Source: a virus. From it: a stretch of 33,297 nucleotides of DNA. Positions 29,492 through 33,297 of the stretch are shown one piece after another; positions within the stretch are counted from its first letter, which is position 1; each line of letters starts with the position of its first letter. A program made the position numbers and the translations under genes. The stretch covers positions 1 to 33,297 of IMG/VR virus record IMGVR_UViG_3300009537_000089, one strand, 5' to 3'. The notes beneath the pieces were generated by a model. It was not told the DNA's origin. It saw only the letters and a program-made list of their open reading frames with translations, and searched no databases.

Positions 29492-31900
29492 TTAGTTATA
29501 ACTTAATTTAACGCCTAGGTAATTAATAGCGCCACCAATAGCATTATGTTTGATATAAAGCCCAGCATAATCGTTAGCGTCCAAACTACCATAAATACCA
29601 CTAATATCAAGCTCCCAAATCAAGTTTGCTGCTGGCACATTATAAGTAGAGGTTAAATCACTACCAGTGTGAGTGTTAAAAGCCTCGCCCATCGCTGCAT
29701 AAGTTGAAGTTATATCAATATCTTCAGCTGCTCCAGTTGCGCCAGTTTGGACAATACCAATCAAAGTCAAACTGATAATATTGTTAAAATCACTAGGCAC
29801 TTGAAAATTAAAGTTATCACTGCCGTTAGCTGATACTGACACTGTCCTATAATCACCAGTAATAGTTGACGCCGTTAAAGCTGGATAAAACTCTTCTTTT
29901 GTCGGCACACTTTGCCAACTACTGCCGTCATAATTATATAATGTATTATGGTCAGTATTATAAACCACTAATCCAGTTGACGGAGAACCTATTGCATTCA
30001 TTTGTGTATTAGTCATCCTAGGTGGTAAAAACCCTTTTGTAGTGCTATCAAGCTCTAATACCGCGCTACTATCAACACCAGTATTACCAATAGTTACAGA
30101 ATTTTGAAACCAATGTTCACCAAAATATTGCGCGTCATAAGTGCCAGTGCCGTCTAAAATCCAAACAATACCATTAAACGCATTTTCATCAACCCTAATA
30201 GGCGCTCTAGTGCCACCACCGCTTAACTCAACATTTAAACTAATTAAACTACCAGCTTTATCCCAAATAGCCCCGTCATTAGTGCCACCACCAAACCTTA
30301 ATCCATTTTGCACACTAACAGACGAACTTGCGCCCCCAGTATATACACCAAGTCTGTTAATATTCCATTGGTTGCCCTCAATATCATAAGCAGCTGATTG
30401 CGAGCTATTATTGTTAATTCTTAAAACACTTTCAGGAGTTAAACTGCCGTCTTGTTGTAATTGCACTAACGGGGTTGTTGTGCTACCACTGCCACTCCTG
30501 TAAATATCTAACGCCAACCCGTCATTAGTAGTCATATCATTCTTAATAGTATCACCAACAGTAGTTGGTTCTAATTCAGTGCCAGTCCTTGTCCAAAGCC
30601 CAAGCGCTAATTGTTTTTCAGCACCAGCGCCGTCTTGAAAATATAAGTTATTATCAGCTTTTGTATATAACGCGCCAAAATTAGTAATAGGTGTTGGCGT
30701 TGTAGTTTCAGCCATATACATAACACCACTATCATTATAAATAAATCCGTTAGTTTCAAGTGTGCCAGTAATACCAACATCATTAATACTTGTTTGCCCG
30801 TGGCTAACACCAGCCGTGCCAACTTTTAAACCAACCTCAGGTGTTGTGTCGCCAATACCCAAAGCGTCTTCTAGGTAATTATAAACCGCGCCAACAGTAT
30901 TATTTAACGAAATTGAAAGACCGTATAATGGAGAACCCGTTGCGCCGTCAGCGTCAACCTCAATTACTTTACCAGTGCCGTTATGGTCAATTTGTAAAGA
31001 CGAGCCGTTAGCACCACCACTGCCGTCGTATTGAAGTTTCATTAAATCATTTGTTTTACTTGTATTAAATCCTCTAAGCAGAAAAGTATTATTACCAGTG
31101 CCATAAGCGTCAAAAACAAACGAGCTTGGGTTTTGAAAATAACCACTAATAGCTTCAAAGGTTGCTCCGTTAGTTCCGTTATAATTAACAGTTTTAGTAG
31201 TAAAATAGCTAGCACTAACACTTTCATTAGTAAAACTAGGACTACCACCAAACAAATTAGTAACTGTTGCAGTTGTAGTTGATACACTGCTAACTGGGTA
31301 TAAACCGTCCTTGTTATCACTAGTGCCTTGGATAAACACAAAATCTCGACTAGTTCGTGTGCCGTTAATAGTTTCAAGGTCAGTTGTGAAAGTTACTTGG
31401 TCTCCATTAACATTAGAAGTTTCACTGTTAATTAAAAATATACCATTCCAGTTATTTACAGTGTTTTCATTGCCAAGTGTAACTAAATTAACAGCATTAG
31501 TTGAAGCTGGCAACGCTTCAATAGTCATAGCAACGGGTATTTCAGTTGCCGTGCTTTCGCGTTCTGATACAGCAAACAACCCGCTAGGGAAGCCGTCAGC
31601 GCCAACAGGTGTGCCACCACCAATTATAAAATTAATTTCATCGTCTCTAACAGACTGCCAATAAGTATCCTTATCAGCGTCAAAAGTAATTTTATTGCCG
31701 TCTAAATCAAGGTCGCCAGTCATAGTAATAGCGCCAATACTTAAAGTTGGGATACTAACAGCCCACGATGAATTTAACGGGCTTAATGTAGTCCCTTGCA
31801 ACTTCCAATATTGCGGTGAGCCAATTTGCGCACTCGCTACACTACTTAATAATAAAGTTAATATTAAGCTGGCGAAAAAATACTTAAATAATTTTTTCAT
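29492..31900 (-). CDS. Large Ser/Thr/Gly/Asn-rich fibre-like protein with N-terminal signal peptide (802 aa)
   Basis: MKKLFKYFFASLILTLLLSSVASA-Q looks like a Sec signal. Composition is beta-rich, and the short motif GFLPPRMTNTQMNAIGSPSTGLVVYNTDHNTLYNYDGSSWQ lies near the C-terminal third. Confidence 0.6.
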   Translation of the reverse strand: MKKLFKYFFASLILTLLLSSVASAQIGSPQYWKLQGTTLSPLNSSWAVSIPTLSIGAITMTGDLDLDGNKITFDADKDTYWQSVRDDEINFIIGGGTPVGADGFPSGLFAVSERESTATEIPVAMTIEALPASTNAVNLVTLGNENTVNNWNGIFLINSETSNVNGDQVTFTTDLETINGTRTSRDFVFIQGTSDNKDGLYPVSSVSTTTATVTNLFGGSPSFTNESVSASYFTTKTVNYNGTNGATFEAISGYFQNPSSFVFDAYGTGNNTFLLRGFNTSKTNDLMKLQYDGSGGANGSSLQIDHNGTGKVIEVDADGATGSPLYGLSISLNNTVGAVYNYLEDALGIGDTTPEVGLKVGTAGVSHGQTSINDVGITGTLETNGFIYNDSGVMYMAETTTPTPITNFGALYTKADNNLYFQDGAGAEKQLALGLWTRTGTELEPTTVGDTIKNDMTTNDGLALDIYRSGSGSTTTPLVQLQQDGSLTPESVLRINNNSSQSAAYDIEGNQWNINRLGVYTGGASSSVSVQNGLRFGGGTNDGAIWDKAGSLISLNVELSGGGTRAPIRVDENAFNGIVWILDGTGTYDAQYFGEHWFQNSVTIGNTGVDSSAVLELDSTTKGFLPPRMTNTQMNAIGSPSTGLVVYNTDHNTLYNYDGSSWQSVPTKEEFYPALTASTITGDYRTVSVSANGSDNFNFQVPSDFNNIISLTLIGIVQTGATGAAEDIDITSTYAAMGEAFNTHTGSDLTSTYNVPAANLIWELDISGIYGSLDANDYAGLYIKHNAIGGAINYLGVKLSYN

Positions 31901-31919
31901 AAGTTTTATAAGTTAATAA

Positions 31920-32201
31920 TTATTCTTGTAATTGTCGCTCGCCAACAATTTGTAAACTTGCAGTTTCACCACTACCAGCCTTTGCATAAATCTTAAAATA
32001 CCCAGCTCCAAAGCTATATGGTATACCTTGGTTGCAAGTAAAAGGTTTGCGTTCAGTATCACTAGTCGGGTTGTCAAAATTAACCTCGCAAGCGTTGTCG
32101 CCAAGGTTAATAATTGAAAACTTTTTTAATGCTGGCAAATCCAAGCTTGTTTCAACGCTTGTTACGCTTATGGTTTCACTGTATAAATATGTTCTTCCCA
32201 T
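31920..32201 (-). CDS. Hypothetical protein (93 aa), fibre module
   Basis: Intact ORF between two fibre-like genes. Confidence 0.5.
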   Translation of the reverse strand: MGRTYLYSETISVTSVETSLDLPALKKFSIINLGDNACEVNFDNPTSDTERKPFTCNQGIPYSFGAGYFKIYAKAGSGETASLQIVGERQLQE

Positions 32202-32231
32202 AAATTTATAAGTTATTTATTAAATATGTTA

Positions 32232-33297
32232 TTAGTAATAACTCCAGTTAAACGCCGTGCTATAAACATCAACAGCGTCATTATCTTTTCCCTCAAGGCG
32301 CACACGCCCAACCAATTCAACCAAATCACCACTTTCAGCTTCAGTATCTCTAATAGTTAAACTCCAAGTAATATACCAGTTGTTAGCGTCAATTTGGTTA
32401 GCTTCCTGTAATACCATAGCTTCATAAGTTTCAGGGTCGCCAGTTTCAACCATACTAACTTCGGGTATAAAATCAATACGCACAACCTTAGCGTTAGTAG
32501 TGTAGCTATTTTCTAAATTATCAACCATTGTTAAAGTGTTAGTTGCTATACTGGCCACCTCGGCAAATTCCATTATTTCGTCTTCATAAATTATAACTTT
32601 AACACCAGTGTAAAATTCATCATCACTAGTAATATCTACATCTTTTTGGCCACTGCTTGCTGGGCTAGTAACATCTTGTTCCTCAGCTACATATTGTTTA
32701 GCATAACAATTCATTGTAATAGCTTTATTAATTGCTTCAATTTTATTAGTGTAATACCAGCCATAACGCGCAAACCCGCCAACATCATTAGCAAACCCAG
32801 TTGCATAACTTGGGCTAGTTGTGCCAACAATTTTACCAGCTTCAACTCTAATACGGCCGTCCCCACCAGCGCCACCAAAACCAATAGTGCCACCACCACT
32901 GTTTTTAGCAGCCCCGCCAGCTCCGCCGTCAGAATGTATAAGTCCAGTGCCTAATAACGCTTGGTTAAGTGCTTGAATAAATACAGTGCCACCAGCACCC
33001 CCACCACCAGCGCCAGCAAAATCACTAGGCAAAACAGGTGTATCTTGGCCGTCAACTCCGTCACAATCAATATATCCACTAGCACTAACAGTTATATTTT
33101 TACAACTTAGCCGTATAATACCACCTCCGTCACCACCAACACCACTAGTATCACCAAACGCCTTGCCACCGCCACCTCCAGAACCTTTTAAATATGCAGT
33201 CGTGAAATTAGTTCCTAAATTTGGAACATTATAAACAGCGCCACCCTCGGCAACATTAGCTGGAGTGTTAAAGCCACCAGTGCCATTACCACCAGCA
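32232..33297 (-). CDS. Glycine-rich tail-fibre-like protein, C-terminal part (continues from 764..1 through the junction)
   Basis: The frame is open upstream of the TTG listed in the track (...GSGGGGGKAFGDTSGVGGDGGGIIRLSCKNITVSASGYIDCDGVDGQDTPVLPSDFAGAGGGGAGG...) and joins in frame with 1..764. Confidence 0.6.
   Translation of the reverse strand, partial: AGGNGTGGFNTPANVAEGGAVYNVPNLGTNFTTAYLKGSGGGGGKAFGDTSGVGGDGGGIIRLSCKNITVSASGYIDCDGVDGQDTPVLPSDFAGAGGGGAGGTVFIQALNQALLGTGLIHSDGGAGGAAKNSGGGTIGFGGAGGDGRIRVEAGKIVGTTSPSYATGFANDVGGFARYGWYYTNKIEAINKAITMNCYAKQYVAEEQDVTSPASSGQKDVDITSDDEFYTGVKVIIYEDEIMEFAEVASIATNTLTMVDNLENSYTTNAKVVRIDFIPEVSMVETGDPETYEAMVLQEANQIDANNWYITWSLTIRDTEAESGDLVELVGRVRLEGKDNDAVDVYSTAFNWSYY
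33199..33297. repeat. Terminal overlap: exact copy of 1..99
   Basis: Direct comparison of the two window ends. Confidence 0.95.

Noticed and set aside
3392-32899. Nested out-of-frame minus-strand ORFs (3392..3661, 4808..5008, 19360..19566, 19810..20007, 20886..21158, 30607..30822, 31042..31377, 31913..32104, 32711..32899)
   Set aside because: They are embedded in alternative frames of longer genes with good motif support. Their translations are Leu/Val/Ile/Cys-rich nonsense-like sequences.
613-33234. All other plus-strand ORFs in the track (e.g. 801..1139, 2458..2775, 6005..6400, 11044..11550, 11957..12433, 17552..17968, 19967..20299, 20917..21225, 31311..31664, 32646..32954, 32986..33234)
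   Set aside because: Each lies fully inside a minus-strand gene that has clear family motifs or tight operon packing. None has a promoter, an RBS or a recognisable motif, and their compositions are shadow-like.

Overview
Complete ~33.2-kb genome of a tailed, siphovirus-like phage with an HK97-type capsid module, presented as a circular assembly. Bases 1-99 are identical to 33199-33297, so the unique sequence is 33,198 bp, and a glycine-rich tail-fibre gene runs through the junction. The DNA is visibly AT-rich. Every credible gene lies on the minus strand; the plus-strand ORFs in the track look like antisense shadows. Reading the minus strand in order: (1) An early region (26.7-24.9 kb) fed by several consensus sigma70-type promoters. 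It encodes a PD-(D/E)XK-like nuclease, many tiny CxxC zinc-ribbon proteins, a Rad52-like annealing protein, a Gp157-like protein and a His-Me/HNH-like protein. (2) Behind an intrinsic terminator, a glycan cassette: LicD-like transferase, SAM methyltransferase and a double GT2 glycosyltransferase. (3) A DNA-modification block: ParB-like protein, Mom-like GNAT-fold protein, a 72-nt tRNA-like element and a miniature C5 methyltransferase. (4) The virion module: small and large terminase, portal-MuF fusion, prohead protease, capsid, connectors, tail tube, G/GT chaperones with an A9 slippery run, tape measure, a LamG-bearing distal tail protein and fibres, one with a signal peptide. (5) A lysis region with holin-like proteins and a papain-like putative endolysin. 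No integrase, repressor, DNA polymerase, primase or helicase is recognisable. Most genes lack a Shine-Dalgarno sequence, but two tiny ORFs have a perfect AGGAGG. The most unusual items are the ParB/Mom-like/tRNA-like/C5-MTase block, a promoter/leaderless mini-ORF/terminator unit inside a 570-bp non-coding hub, and the phage-borne LicD/GT2 cassette. All functional calls come from motif recognition by eye; no database search or folding program was available.
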